A stretch of 64,000 nt of DNA. Source: a virus (Duplodnaviria > Caudoviricetes). Shown piece after piece: positions 26,291 to 36,497 of this stretch (position 1 is its first letter; every line of letters begins with the position of its first letter). The stretch covers positions 47,111 through 111,110 of IMG/VR virus record IMGVR_UViG_3300028887_000085; one strand, written 5' to 3'. The notes under the pieces are model-generated. The model was not told where the DNA came from. It searched no databases and saw only the letters and a program-made list of their open reading frames with translations. A program made the position numbers and the translations under genes.

Positions 26291-27247
26291 GTGCAGATAC
26301 CGGAGAGCGCAAAACAGCCGGAAGTGAACGAAAGGTTTTTGGACCTGGCTTCCGTCGTGGGCGGAGATATCGCCCTCTTTTGCCTGTGTGCCGCTTATGA
26401 CCTCCCGCTGTACACCGATCAGCCGGTGCCGACCTGGGACGCCTATCTGGAGATCCTTCGAGAGAAGGGAAGAACAGAAACCTTCATCGACGGGGAGACG
26501 GACGTGGAAACCGTGCTTCTCCAAGGCGCTACCGAGATGGAGCGCTGGGAGCGGGACTGGGGAACCGGAGACCCGGACAAGCCCTATACCGCCCAGGATT
26601 ACAAAGCGCTGGACAGCATCTTCCGGACCTATTCCGCTCGCCTGGACGCGGCGGGCGGCATGGACGCCCAGCAGGAAGACACGCTGCGCTACTGCAGCAG
26701 TATGCGCCTTCTGCGGGACAAGTGCATTGCCAAGGGTGATACGGACAGCATCAAGAGAGCCGCGACGCTGGACAAGATGATCCAGGACGGCTTCTCTGCC
26801 GAGAACCTGCGGAAGAAGGACGCAAAGCCCATCGAAAACGCCAGGGTGGACGGCATCATCGACGCCATGCAGAGGAAGTACGGCGTCAGCGCAGAAATGA
26901 CGAAGGCACAGTTCCTCGAAGTCTTCTTCAAATGGTGCCACAGCAAGCGCTATCCGGAAACGGTGGACGCCGCCGAATACGCCATGCAGGCGATCATCAA
27001 CACCATGAGGGCCAACAACGACATGCCGGAGCTGCCGGAGCTTCCCAAGGAAGCCAGCGGCATGGGCGACTATGCAGAGGAATTCGCGGCGGAGCCCAAC
27101 GAAACGGAGCAGGAAGTTTACGCATACCTCAACCTCACCCGAAAAGACGGATGGGAACCGAAGCCGGAGGACCCGTCCCCCGTCGAGCCTGTGAAGGTGC
27201 CGGACGTGATAAGCGAATTCGGGGAGGAAGGGTTTTATACGGACTGA
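26291..27247 (+). CDS. Putative terminase small subunit
   Basis: Directly upstream of terL; WG..Y...DY..LD motif. Confidence 0.5.
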   Translation: MQIPESAKQPEVNERFLDLASVVGGDIALFCLCAAYDLPLYTDQPVPTWDAYLEILREKGRTETFIDGETDVETVLLQGATEMERWERDWGTGDPDKPYTAQDYKALDSIFRTYSARLDAAGGMDAQQEDTLRYCSSMRLLRDKCIAKGDTDSIKRAATLDKMIQDGFSAENLRKKDAKPIENARVDGIIDAMQRKYGVSAEMTKAQFLEVFFKWCHSKRYPETVDAAEYAMQAIINTMRANNDMPELPELPKEASGMGDYAEEFAAEPNETEQEVYAYLNLTRKDGWEPKPEDPSPVEPVKVPDVISEFGEEGFYTD

Positions 27248-27259
27248 CGGGTACGGAAC

Positions 27260-29089
27260 ATGGGATTTCATCGAAGAGCCTATACATGGTCTCCGGGTAC
27301 AGGCTGGGTAAAGAAGCAATACTCGGAGAAGTACGCATACGAAAACCTGGGCGACGGGTGGGTTTTCTTCATGGCGGCCTGCCGATGGTTCCCGGATTTT
27401 CTGGCTGACCTCTGCCGGGCGGATGACGCCAACTATGAGCTGCCAATCCTGCACCGGGTCAATATGCGGGCCAAGGCAAATTTCCAATACGTCGATCTCA
27501 CAGAAGGGCGCGGCGCAGGAAAAAGCCACAGCTCCATCTTGGAGGAAGAGACAGAGCAGGTCACATGGCCGGGGATCAAAACGCTATACAGCGGGCCGAG
27601 CCTCATACAGACCTCTGCCATCGGGAGAGATACCCACAGAGCCATCGAGCATGACTACCCGATCCTGACGGCCCATTTTCAGACGGACAGCTCCAGCAAG
27701 GCAGACTTCGCCATTTCCACGGCGGACTACGGAAGCAGCTTTTCCATCACCGGGAAGCGGGGCATGAACCTGCACAAGAGCGTGGCGGAAGAGCTGGCAC
27801 AATCTGACGGGGGAGTGAAATTCGACGAAGACGATTATATCCAGATCGTCCTTCCCGCAGTTCGACTCCGGTACGTCGTCAAGGGGAAAATCAGCCCCGC
27901 CTATATCCCCTTCAAGCAGCACAGCATCACATCCGCCGGACGGCGGCAGAGCTACGCCTACGAAAACCGATGCCGACACCTGACCATGATGAAAAGAGGC
28001 GAAAGCGCCTTTGTCATGGACGTGCCTTACGACGTGCTGCTGCTGAATCAGATGCGCCCGGTCTCCTGGGCGGAGAGCCGAAAAAACGAGCTTACGCCCG
28101 ACCAATTCGCAAGAGAACTCTGCAGCATCTACACGGGGACAGACAGCTTCCCCATGGTATCCGATTCCACGCTGACAGACTCCCGAAGCCTGCTCATGAC
28201 AGAGAGCCATAGCTGCCTGAAGGACAGAGATAACAGCCTTCTGCCGAAAGACGTGATCTACGTCGTGGGCTACGACGTGAGCTACGCCGACGGACCGATC
28301 AACGCCAGATGCGCCTGCGTCGTGCTCAAGCTCACCCGGCAGACGAGCATGATGCGGCGGGACAAATACCTCAAGCAGGTCGTATACGTCAACGACTGGA
28401 AGCCGACGCCCGATCTGGACCAGGCACGGAAGATCAAAAAGATTTGGGACAGCTTTTGCTTCGACGGCGCGGAATGCTTCCTCGCAGTGGACGCATGGCA
28501 ATTCGGGACCGCCGTGCTCACTTGCCTTATGCAGGATATCGGGGACGGTCTTCCCCCGCTGTGCTCTTACAATCACGAGTTCCAGACAGCCTATGAGATT
28601 CCGGGAGCGCTTCCCGTTCTTTACCCCATAAAGGCAGGCGGACTCGGCGTAACCGACCCGGATCAGGACATGGTGCGGTATGCGCAGACGCAGTTTGAGT
28701 ACCGAAACGTGCAGCTCCTGACTTCCAACTGGCAGAGCGGATTGGAAACCTACAAGAAATATCACCGAATCCGGGACGACCGGAGCGACGGAGAAATCTA
28801 CATTCCCTACCGAAAGACGAGCGAGCTGGTGGGGCAGATTCAAAACCTCAAGGTCATCAACGGCGTGGAGAAGAGGATCAGCCAGCACATCCAGCGCGAT
28901 AGCTGGTCCGCCCTGAAATACGCACTGCGGGTGGCGCAGAGGCTGGAGTGGCAGAACCTGGTCAAGCGCCAGGTCAAGAGCGACTACGACGACCTGATCC
29001 GCAAGTACGAGCAAATGCAGCAGCCGACGGTCACGACGGGAGGCAGAAGCAGGCTAGTGACGGCGAGGACGGGAGGCAGAGTATTTTGA
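27260..29089 (+). CDS. terL: Terminase large subunit
   Basis: GRGAGKS Walker A, RG...VAEE, ITSA, VGYDVS and D.WSALKY nuclease motifs. Confidence 0.8.
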   Translation: MGFHRRAYTWSPGTGWVKKQYSEKYAYENLGDGWVFFMAACRWFPDFLADLCRADDANYELPILHRVNMRAKANFQYVDLTEGRGAGKSHSSILEEETEQVTWPGIKTLYSGPSLIQTSAIGRDTHRAIEHDYPILTAHFQTDSSSKADFAISTADYGSSFSITGKRGMNLHKSVAEELAQSDGGVKFDEDDYIQIVLPAVRLRYVVKGKISPAYIPFKQHSITSAGRRQSYAYENRCRHLTMMKRGESAFVMDVPYDVLLLNQMRPVSWAESRKNELTPDQFARELCSIYTGTDSFPMVSDSTLTDSRSLLMTESHSCLKDRDNSLLPKDVIYVVGYDVSYADGPINARCACVVLKLTRQTSMMRRDKYLKQVVYVNDWKPTPDLDQARKIKKIWDSFCFDGAECFLAVDAWQFGTAVLTCLMQDIGDGLPPLCSYNHEFQTAYEIPGALPVLYPIKAGGLGVTDPDQDMVRYAQTQFEYRNVQLLTSNWQSGLETYKKYHRIRDDRSDGEIYIPYRKTSELVGQIQNLKVINGVEKRISQHIQRDSWSALKYALRVAQRLEWQNLVKRQVKSDYDDLIRKYEQMQQPTVTTGGRSRLVTARTGGRVF

Positions 29090-29430
29090 ACAAATACCAC
29101 CTTTACGCGATGGCGACCAAACCGGAGACCATCGACGGAATGGGACATCAGAGATTCAGCAGGATCACGCCGGAATACACGCTGGTCTACACGGACGGAG
29201 ATCAGCCGAAGAACAGCTATGAACTGTCTGAAGCGGAAGCCGCAAGGCTGACGAAAGCGGACGAAAGCTGGGTGCGTAGCTGCAACATCACCCTCATCAA
29301 GGAAGAGATCGAGCGGCAGAAGCCGGAAATGCTGCGGAAGATTTCCGAAACGATGGAGCGGCTGGAAAGCATCCTCCGGGAGATGGAAGAAGAATCCCGC
29401 AGCGAGGCGCAGGACAGCGACAACGAATAA
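29086..29430 (+). CDS. Phage hypothetical protein
   Basis: GGAGG RBS, TTG start overlapping the terL stop. Confidence 0.55.
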   Translation: MNKYHLYAMATKPETIDGMGHQRFSRITPEYTLVYTDGDQPKNSYELSEAEAARLTKADESWVRSCNITLIKEEIERQKPEMLRKISETMERLESILREMEEESRSEAQDSDNE

Positions 29431-29450
29431 AAGCGAAGGAGGGAAAGACC

Positions 29451-31178
29451 GTGGCGGCTGACCTTAGAGAACTGAGAAAAATGCAATACGGCTCCTTCCC
29501 GGAGATTTTCGACAAGATCCGCAGCATGGCTGCGGAATACAGCGTGCCGGTGCAGAGCCTCGTGCAGCTCTTCGGCTACAGCGGGGCATATGCGGCAAGC
29601 CCGCAGGTGATGAACCGGCGATTCGAGACCATCGGGACATCCCCCATCAACTTCGGCAAAGACCAGGTGGCGGAGATGCTGCGGCATCCGCAGCAGAACG
29701 AGCCGGAGCTGAGGGAAGCTTCCCGCAGCCTGGACTACACCAACTACACCTACCGCCACATGCGGCGCACCTACTCCAGCCTGCTGACCTATCACAACTA
29801 CATCACCCCCACCCTGACGGAAGCCGGTGACATGAACGACGCTTTCTGGCGGGAATACCGGCTGGCGGAGAAGCTGCGCAAGGTCATGAAGCCGCAGGAG
29901 CTGGCCCGAGAGGCCGGAGCGAAATCCATGCTGGAAGGGAAGACCTTCTGGACATACCGCGTCTCTGCCGACAAGAGCCGCAACCGCATCAACTACGCCT
30001 TCTACCAGCAGCTCCCCTCCGAGTGGATCAAGATCGTCGGACGGAACAACGTGAGCAAATATACCCTGGCCTTCGACATGATGTATTTCTGCCAGCCGGG
30101 GACGGACGTGCGGCAGTTCCCGGAGGGGCTTTTCGATAATTTCTGGAACGACTTCAACAGCCTCGTCACCCCGGCACCCCGGCGGGAAGGGGGCAGGGTG
30201 GTCTACGCCGCCAAGACCGGCATCGACATGAGCAAGGTAAGGGAGATCGACCCGGACGCCGAAGTCCTGCGGGAGAACGGCAGATGGTACTACTGGGTGA
30301 CGCTGCCCGTGGACAAGGCATTCACCATCGAAGTGGACGAAGGACTGCCGGAAGTGACGCCGCCGCTGGCGGGACTCTTTATCTCCCTTCTGCAATTCGC
30401 GGATCTGGAAGCCATCCAGCTCGCCCTCTATCAGAACCCCCTGGTGGGATTCGTCCACGGCGAGATTCCCTACTTCGAGTCGAAGGACACCAACACCGCC
30501 GACCAATACAAGCTCTCCAACGGAGGAAGGATACTCTTCACAGAACTGTGGAATCAGCTCATGGCGGCATACAACACCGGCGGCGTCCCCATCTATTTCG
30601 CCCCGGCAGAGAACATGAAGCTGGAGACCTTCAACGAAGTCTCTTCCACCTCGGAGATCGTGAGCCAGGGGAATTCGGACATCATCACCCAGGCCGGTCT
30701 CAGCGGACTTATCCCGGCCTCCGACGAAGCGAGAGCCGGGGCGGCGCAGATTTCCTTCCAGATCGAGGGAAAGTATCTCGCCCCGATCTACGCGGGCGTG
30801 GAGCGGCTGATGGCCTGCGCCATTGCCGACCTGCGGCTGAGGAACGATTTCGAGTTTCACATGTTCGGCGACCTCTACATGGACAATCAGCTCGAAAAAC
30901 AGCTCAGGAGCGACATGACGCTGGGGATTCTTCCCGCAGCGATCCAATACAACGCACTCCACGACCGCAGCCTGCTGGACGACATCTGCTGGAGCGACAT
31001 GGTGGCGAAGAGCGGGATCATGGACAAGCGCCTGCCTCTCGTCTCCACATACTCTGCGAAACAGTCGGAAAGCAATCTGCCCCCGCAGGCAGCCCACGAC
31101 ATGAACCCCGGCGGCAGGCCGGAGGCGGAGGGCATCACCAGCGACGGGCAGGAGAACGACGTGGACAGCATCGGTTAA
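29451..31178 (+). CDS. Portal protein (putative)
   Basis: 575 aa after terminase; acidic tail with GGRP motif. Confidence 0.7.
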   Translation: MAADLRELRKMQYGSFPEIFDKIRSMAAEYSVPVQSLVQLFGYSGAYAASPQVMNRRFETIGTSPINFGKDQVAEMLRHPQQNEPELREASRSLDYTNYTYRHMRRTYSSLLTYHNYITPTLTEAGDMNDAFWREYRLAEKLRKVMKPQELAREAGAKSMLEGKTFWTYRVSADKSRNRINYAFYQQLPSEWIKIVGRNNVSKYTLAFDMMYFCQPGTDVRQFPEGLFDNFWNDFNSLVTPAPRREGGRVVYAAKTGIDMSKVREIDPDAEVLRENGRWYYWVTLPVDKAFTIEVDEGLPEVTPPLAGLFISLLQFADLEAIQLALYQNPLVGFVHGEIPYFESKDTNTADQYKLSNGGRILFTELWNQLMAAYNTGGVPIYFAPAENMKLETFNEVSSTSEIVSQGNSDIITQAGLSGLIPASDEARAGAAQISFQIEGKYLAPIYAGVERLMACAIADLRLRNDFEFHMFGDLYMDNQLEKQLRSDMTLGILPAAIQYNALHDRSLLDDICWSDMVAKSGIMDKRLPLVSTYSAKQSESNLPPQAAHDMNPGGRPEAEGITSDGQENDVDSIG

Positions 31179-31191
31179 GGAGGAAACAAAG

Positions 31192-31428
31192 ATGAAAAAG
31201 TGGTCTGACAATCTTCCGGACTGGCTCATCCGCAGCCTGAAGACTGCCGTTCAGGCTTTCGGCTCCGTGCTGGTGCCGGAGCTCGTGGTGATTTTGCAGG
31301 GAGGCTGGCCGGAGAGCTGGTCGGCCCTGTGGGCGGTACTTTCCCCGGTGGTATCCGCCGCGCTGGCAGCCGCGATCTGCGCGGCCTGGAACATCATCCT
31401 TGAGCGGACGAGGGAGAAAACGGAATGA
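31192..31428 (+). CDS. Small membrane protein (holin-like)
   Basis: RSLKTAVQAF motif and two hydrophobic segments. Confidence 0.55.
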   Translation: MKKWSDNLPDWLIRSLKTAVQAFGSVLVPELVVILQGGWPESWSALWAVLSPVVSAALAAAICAAWNIILERTREKTE

Positions 31429-31625
31429 ACATCAAGCGCAATGTGGTGGAACGCCTGTACGTCGTTCACGCCAAGATCGGGGACGGAAAGTATCAGTTCC
31501 GCGTCCAGGCGGAGAGCGACGAATCTGCGAAGATTAAGGCGGAAAGGGCAATGAAGCTGAGATTCGCCGACAAGAAATACAACGTCACCGAGGTCGAGGA
31601 AATCGAGCCGGAGGACTTTGTGTAA
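31425..31625 (+). CDS. Phage hypothetical protein
   Basis: Coupled 66-aa ORF with RBS. Confidence 0.5.
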   Translation: MNIKRNVVERLYVVHAKIGDGKYQFRVQAESDESAKIKAERAMKLRFADKKYNVTEVEEIEPEDFV

Positions 31626-31644
31626 CAGCAAGGAGGAGAAGGGA

Positions 31645-33030
31645 ATGAGCGAAACTGTCTTGGGTCTGCTGGAAGTTCTGGACAGGGACAGCGACCTCAA
31701 CTACAACGTGCGGCTGCGCGTCATGCGCAGCGGCCTCAACCGCAACGGATGGGATTACCGCAACATCGAGCAGTTTGCGGACACCTTCCGGGGAACGCCC
31801 ATCCTCTGCGCCTACGTCGGCCAGCGGGTAGGCGACGGGCACAACATGGACGAGACCATGTGGCGCGGCGAGATTATCGAGGACTTCACCGGGCCCAATG
31901 CCGAGCGCATCGTCGGCGCTATCAGCGAAGGGGACGGAGACATCTGGACCGAATCCGGCGAAGACGGAACGTGGATTATCGCCAAGGGGAAACTCTGGCG
32001 TTTTTATAACCGCCAACTCTGCGACACACTTGCGGAACAGGGCCGCATGAGCGTCAGCGCAGAGACCGAAGTGACCGAGGAGCACGAAGAAGAAGGAGTC
32101 AGTGTGTTTACCGCGTGGCGAGGATTGGGTGTGACGATCCTCCACGACACGGTTGCCCCGGCAATCCCCGGCGCGAACATCCAGGCATTGAAGGCGATGA
32201 GCAGCGAAAAGTGGAACAGCCTGAAACTGAAGGTCGCCTCCTACCATCCAAACACCGAGGGGGGCGAGGGGACGCCGCCCAAGGCGGAAGACCCGGAACC
32301 CCCGAAAAATAACTCTGAAAAAGGAGTGACGACAAAAGTGATTTTCACGAGAAAACAGCTCGCCAAGCTGAATGAGCGATTCACCGGCTATGTGCTGATG
32401 GCTGCCCGCGAAAACGAGGAAGACCACAGCATCATCGTGAAGATGCGCAACGACAGCTACGAGCCCTACAGCTACCGCATGGCGAGCGCCGACGAGACCA
32501 TCGCAGCCGAGCGCATCCTTCCCGTGAACGCCATGCTGGACTTCGGCGACGAAATCACCATGTCCTGCGACGAATACTTCTCCGGCCTGAGCGCCAGGAT
32601 CGAGCGCCTGAGCGCCGACCTGAAGGCTGCCGAGACGGAGCGGGACGAGGCGAAAGCCACCATCAAGGCCATGACCGAGAAGGAGAACGCCCGCCGGATC
32701 AAGGCCATGAAGGAAGCCGCCAAGGACGCGCTGGAGAAGTTCAACCTGAACCGCAACGCCGAAGAGAAAGTCTGCGAGGACGACATCTCCTGCGTCATGG
32801 CTGAGATCGACGGCGGCGACTACACCGAATGCGCCGACAAGGACGGCAACTTCTGCGGCGACGAAAAGGTGTGCCAGCGGGTCATGAGCATCTGCGCTCA
32901 GAAGGACGTGGAGCTCCGCGCCGCCAACAGCAAGAAACGGGAATCTCAGTTCGCCTGGGACGGCATCCACGCCCCCGAAGGCGACGACGGCAGCGTGGGC
33001 GCTCTGCTCCGCAGCCTGAACATTGAGTAA
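31645..33030 (+). CDS. Prohead protease/scaffold protein (putative)
   Basis: NRNG, GH, G.LW, S.E protease-like N-terminus; acidic coiled-coil C-terminus. Confidence 0.65.
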   Translation: MSETVLGLLEVLDRDSDLNYNVRLRVMRSGLNRNGWDYRNIEQFADTFRGTPILCAYVGQRVGDGHNMDETMWRGEIIEDFTGPNAERIVGAISEGDGDIWTESGEDGTWIIAKGKLWRFYNRQLCDTLAEQGRMSVSAETEVTEEHEEEGVSVFTAWRGLGVTILHDTVAPAIPGANIQALKAMSSEKWNSLKLKVASYHPNTEGGEGTPPKAEDPEPPKNNSEKGVTTKVIFTRKQLAKLNERFTGYVLMAARENEEDHSIIVKMRNDSYEPYSYRMASADETIAAERILPVNAMLDFGDEITMSCDEYFSGLSARIERLSADLKAAETERDEAKATIKAMTEKENARRIKAMKEAAKDALEKFNLNRNAEEKVCEDDISCVMAEIDGGDYTECADKDGNFCGDEKVCQRVMSICAQKDVELRAANSKKRESQFAWDGIHAPEGDDGSVGALLRSLNIE

Positions 33031-33045
33031 AAGGAGGAAGACAGA

Positions 33046-33636
33046 ATGAGCTTCACTGCCCAGACCGCGTTTGAGGCGCGGATCACCAACAACGAGAACG
33101 ACCGGCTGGCGAACATCGCCGGGAAGTATTACGTGAGCACCACGCCCACGGACTGCGACGCCGGTCAGCTCTGCGTCCGGGACAGCCTGCTGGACTGCGA
33201 GGGCTTCACCGGCATCAAGAACGAGAACACCTGGAAGATGGTGGCGGCTGCCAACACCGCGACGGCTGACGACGTGATCTACGCCTGCAACACCTATGAC
33301 AACCAGCTCATCGGCGCTCCCGACGGAAACAACTATTTCATCGGCGTGCGCACCCTGGGCCTGGGCGTTCCCGCCGGACGCTACGGCAACTTCACCCGCA
33401 TCAACTTCGACGGTGAAAGCGTTTACCGCTTCGGCGCGGGCAACGTGACCTACACGGCCACCCACCAGTATTTCACCATCGCCTCCGGCAAGCTGACCAG
33501 CTCCGCCACGGCTCCCACCGACGACGGCTCCATCTACTTCGAGTTGAGGGGAACCGGCAACTTCGTCGAGGGGAACAGCGCGAGCTTCGGCTACTACGAC
33601 GTGGTGGCGAAGAAGGTTTCCATCTACGCGCCCTGA
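33046..33636 (+). CDS. Capsid decoration protein (putative)
   Basis: Between scaffold and capsid; strongly biased codons. Confidence 0.55.
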   Translation: MSFTAQTAFEARITNNENDRLANIAGKYYVSTTPTDCDAGQLCVRDSLLDCEGFTGIKNENTWKMVAAANTATADDVIYACNTYDNQLIGAPDGNNYFIGVRTLGLGVPAGRYGNFTRINFDGESVYRFGAGNVTYTATHQYFTIASGKLTSSATAPTDDGSIYFELRGTGNFVEGNSASFGYYDVVAKKVSIYAP

Positions 33637-33659
33637 TTGAAGGAAGGAGGAAGACAACA

Positions 33660-34874
33660 ATGGCTAGGATCACTCTCAACAGCACCCCCAACAGCATCTT
33701 CTCCGGCACGGATGAGCGCTCCAACATCATCGCCGCCGGTGCGCTGCTGACCTATGAGTACGCCCGGAAGGGCCAGGATGCCGTTCACAAGGCGCTGAAC
33801 AGCGCCGAACCCACGGCTACCGCCCACCTGGACGACAAGCAGTATAAGGAAGTCAACGAGCGCTTCGGCAAGCAGCACCTGCTGTACGCCGCCAAGATGG
33901 CCTGCGCCAACACCGGCAAGAAGGCCCCTGCCACCTTCGAGGAATTCGCCAAGCGTGGACAGGAATTCTACGGCAACAGCGCTTTCTATGCCGTGCTCCA
34001 GGGCATCTACGAAGACATCCTGACCCCCATCCTGCCCCGCGTCTACAGCGAGGCCGTCAGCGTCTTCGCCGACGTGGTGGAAGTGGGCTTCGCGGAGACC
34101 GCCGCCATCACCATCTCTTCCGGCGACATCCCCGTGTTCCAGGACAGCGCCTGGGGTGCCAGCCGCAGCGTTCCCGAAAACCGGTTCTACGACAAGACCA
34201 TCACCCTGAATCCCCAGCCCAAGACCGCTGAAATCGCTATCAAATGGCACCAGATGGTCGGCAACAACACCGACTGGGGCAAGTACATGTCCAACCTCGT
34301 GGCCGGTATGTACGCCAAGACAATGGGCCTGTGGAACGCGGCCATGACCGCCGCCGCCAGCAACACCGCCCTGATCCCCAGCGGCCTGATCTACAACTTC
34401 AGCTCCGTCAACTGGGTCACGCTGGCGAACAAGATCGCCGCTGTGAACAACACCGGCATCCTGAACCTGCTGGCCTACGGCGGCGCTGTCGCCCTGAGCA
34501 AGGTGCTTCCCACCCAGGCCACCGGCAGCTCCAACGCCGATATGGACGCCGCCCTCGCCATGCTGCTGGGCCGCGACTATATCAACGCCGGTTATCTCGG
34601 CAAGTACATGGGCGTCCGCCTCATGCCTCTGGTGGATGCGGTCGTGCCCGGCACCCAGTTCGGCAACGTGAGCACCATCCTGCCCACCAACAAGATCTGG
34701 GTGATGGCCTCTAGCGGCTACAAGCCCATGACCATCGCCTACAACAGCTACACTCCCATTACCATCGAGATCGAAGCCGAGAAGAATCCCGACTTCATGG
34801 TCAAGCTGAACCTGACCACCGCGCTGGACAGCGTGGCAGTCTTCGCCAGCAAGATCGGCCTCGTCAACATCTGA
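33660..34874 (+). CDS. Major capsid protein
   Basis: 404 aa, strongest codon bias, strong RBS, followed by a hairpin; synteny. Confidence 0.75.
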   Translation: MARITLNSTPNSIFSGTDERSNIIAAGALLTYEYARKGQDAVHKALNSAEPTATAHLDDKQYKEVNERFGKQHLLYAAKMACANTGKKAPATFEEFAKRGQEFYGNSAFYAVLQGIYEDILTPILPRVYSEAVSVFADVVEVGFAETAAITISSGDIPVFQDSAWGASRSVPENRFYDKTITLNPQPKTAEIAIKWHQMVGNNTDWGKYMSNLVAGMYAKTMGLWNAAMTAAASNTALIPSGLIYNFSSVNWVTLANKIAAVNNTGILNLLAYGGAVALSKVLPTQATGSSNADMDAALAMLLGRDYINAGYLGKYMGVRLMPLVDAVVPGTQFGNVSTILPTNKIWVMASSGYKPMTIAYNSYTPITIEIEAEKNPDFMVKLNLTTALDSVAVFASKIGLVNI

Positions 34875-34882
34875 TCCTTTCA

Positions 34883-34957
34883 GCGGGGCGGGAAACATCC
34901 CGCCCCGCCATGCCGCTTCCAGAGACACGCGCCGGGGCGGCACCGGCGGGCGGCACC
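34883..34957 (+). other. GC hairpin plus mini tRNA-like structure after the capsid gene
   Basis: GCGGGGCGGGA/TCCCGCCCCGC; TGCCGCT...GCCGG-GGCGGCA-CCGGC-GGGCGGCA. Confidence 0.45.
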
Positions 34958-34983
34958 CATCAAGAAGAAAGGAAATTGAGACG

Positions 34984-35703
34984 ATGGCAGAAGAAGCAAA
35001 GAAAACCAACCGGACACGGAAATCCGCAGCGGAAAAAGCGGCGGAAGCGCCTGCGGCATCCGCCGAAGAGAAGGACGCGCTGGCAGAGATGAAGGCACAG
35101 TACGAGGCACAGATGGCAGCCATGCGGGAAGAGATGGCGCAGCAGATCGCCGCCTTCAAAGAGACGCTGGCGCAGGCGCAGAAGCCGCAGATCGTGCAGC
35201 TTACCGCCACGACGGAGCAGGTGCATTTCCTGTGGATGGCGGACGTAGCGCAGGACAACGTGCAGGACTTCGGCCCCGGCGGTCTGTACGGCAGGATCAT
35301 CGGTCGGACAGGGGAATTCTTCGTCCCGAAAAATGACGTGAGCCGCATCCTGGACAACATCACCCGCATGTGCCTCGACCGACGCTGGCTGATCGTGGTG
35401 GACGGGCTGAACGAAGAAGAGCGGGAAGCCCTGGGCGTGAACTACAGCGAGGGGGAACTGCTGGACCGGAAAGCCTTTGCCAAGATGATCGAGCTGGGGG
35501 ACAAGATCCTCGAAATCTTCCCGGCACTCTGCGAGGGCCACAAGGAAATGGTGGCGAAGCGGTTCTACGAGGCGTGGATGGAGAAGAATCCCTACGTCCG
35601 CCGGGAGATCGTCACGGAGCTGAACCGCATGGCGAAAGAAGCCGGGATGAAGGAGAACGCATTCAGCGCGATCATCGACGGGATGAACAAGGCGGAAGTA
35701 TAA
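34984..35703 (+). CDS. Head-module hypothetical protein
   Basis: 239 aa directly after capsid. Confidence 0.65.
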   Translation: MAEEAKKTNRTRKSAAEKAAEAPAASAEEKDALAEMKAQYEAQMAAMREEMAQQIAAFKETLAQAQKPQIVQLTATTEQVHFLWMADVAQDNVQDFGPGGLYGRIIGRTGEFFVPKNDVSRILDNITRMCLDRRWLIVVDGLNEEEREALGVNYSEGELLDRKAFAKMIELGDKILEIFPALCEGHKEMVAKRFYEAWMEKNPYVRREIVTELNRMAKEAGMKENAFSAIIDGMNKAEV

Positions 35704-35712
35704 GAACGAGAT

Positions 35713-35764
35713 CAAATCGAAGGGGAAGCTTCGATTTGAAGAGACATTCCGGCGGATTAGGACG
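35713..35764 (+). repeat. Dispersed structured element, copy A (short; opposite orientation to B-D)
   Basis: CAAATCGAAG/CTTCGATTTG hairpin then GAAGAGACAT...TTAGGACG. Confidence 0.45.
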
Positions 35765-35780
35765 AAGGGGGTAAGCGCAA

Positions 35781-36476
35781 ATGGCTACGGCCTGGAGCGA
35801 GATCATAACGGCGGCTATGCAGGCGCTGGACGACGAACGGTGGCGGGAGCAGATCACCGTCAGTCCGGCACAATTTTATAGGGCCAAGAGCGACAGCGTG
35901 CTGTTTGCGCTCCCCCTTTTGAACAGTCCTCCGGAGTTGCTGGACTATCTGGAAAAGGACATGGTGACGCCGCAGTACGACGATTTCTTCTGGGAAAGCA
36001 CCGTGGAGAGCCTGGGAGGGGAAACGGCGGTGGAGACAGGTCTCTTGGGCTATGAACTCATGTCCTGCATCGTCCGGGGGGCGGACGGGACGAGCTTCGC
36101 GCCCTACCGGGAGGCGAGCTACGACCCGGAGACCGGCATCGTGACCATGCCGCAGCAGTCGGAGGCGGGGACACAATACGACTTCGACTTTTACTCCGAC
36201 GGGAGCTTTGCGGACCTGACGCCCAGCCAGAAGCGGCTTTTTGGTTTGGCGGTTTGTGTGGTGTGGGACGAGAACTTTACAAACAACTGGCTCGACAACA
36301 CGCCAAAACTGCACGACTCCAGCTTTAATCCCCCAAATGAACCGAACTGGATCGACAAGAAGGGTAGAGAACTCAACGAACACTATCAACGTTTCAACGA
36401 CGAGCTGCACAAATATGAGCAGCTTTGCGCATATAAGACGATCCGATCCAACGGAATGACAATCGTTTTGGCATAA
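35781..36476 (+). CDS. Head-tail adaptor (putative)
   Basis: Synteny; M.T.WSEI start. Confidence 0.55.
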   Translation: MATAWSEIITAAMQALDDERWREQITVSPAQFYRAKSDSVLFALPLLNSPPELLDYLEKDMVTPQYDDFFWESTVESLGGETAVETGLLGYELMSCIVRGADGTSFAPYREASYDPETGIVTMPQQSEAGTQYDFDFYSDGSFADLTPSQKRLFGLAVCVVWDENFTNNWLDNTPKLHDSSFNPPNEPNWIDKKGRELNEHYQRFNDELHKYEQLCAYKTIRSNGMTIVLA

Positions 36477-36497
36477 GGGCAGAAGGGGGGACGGGCG

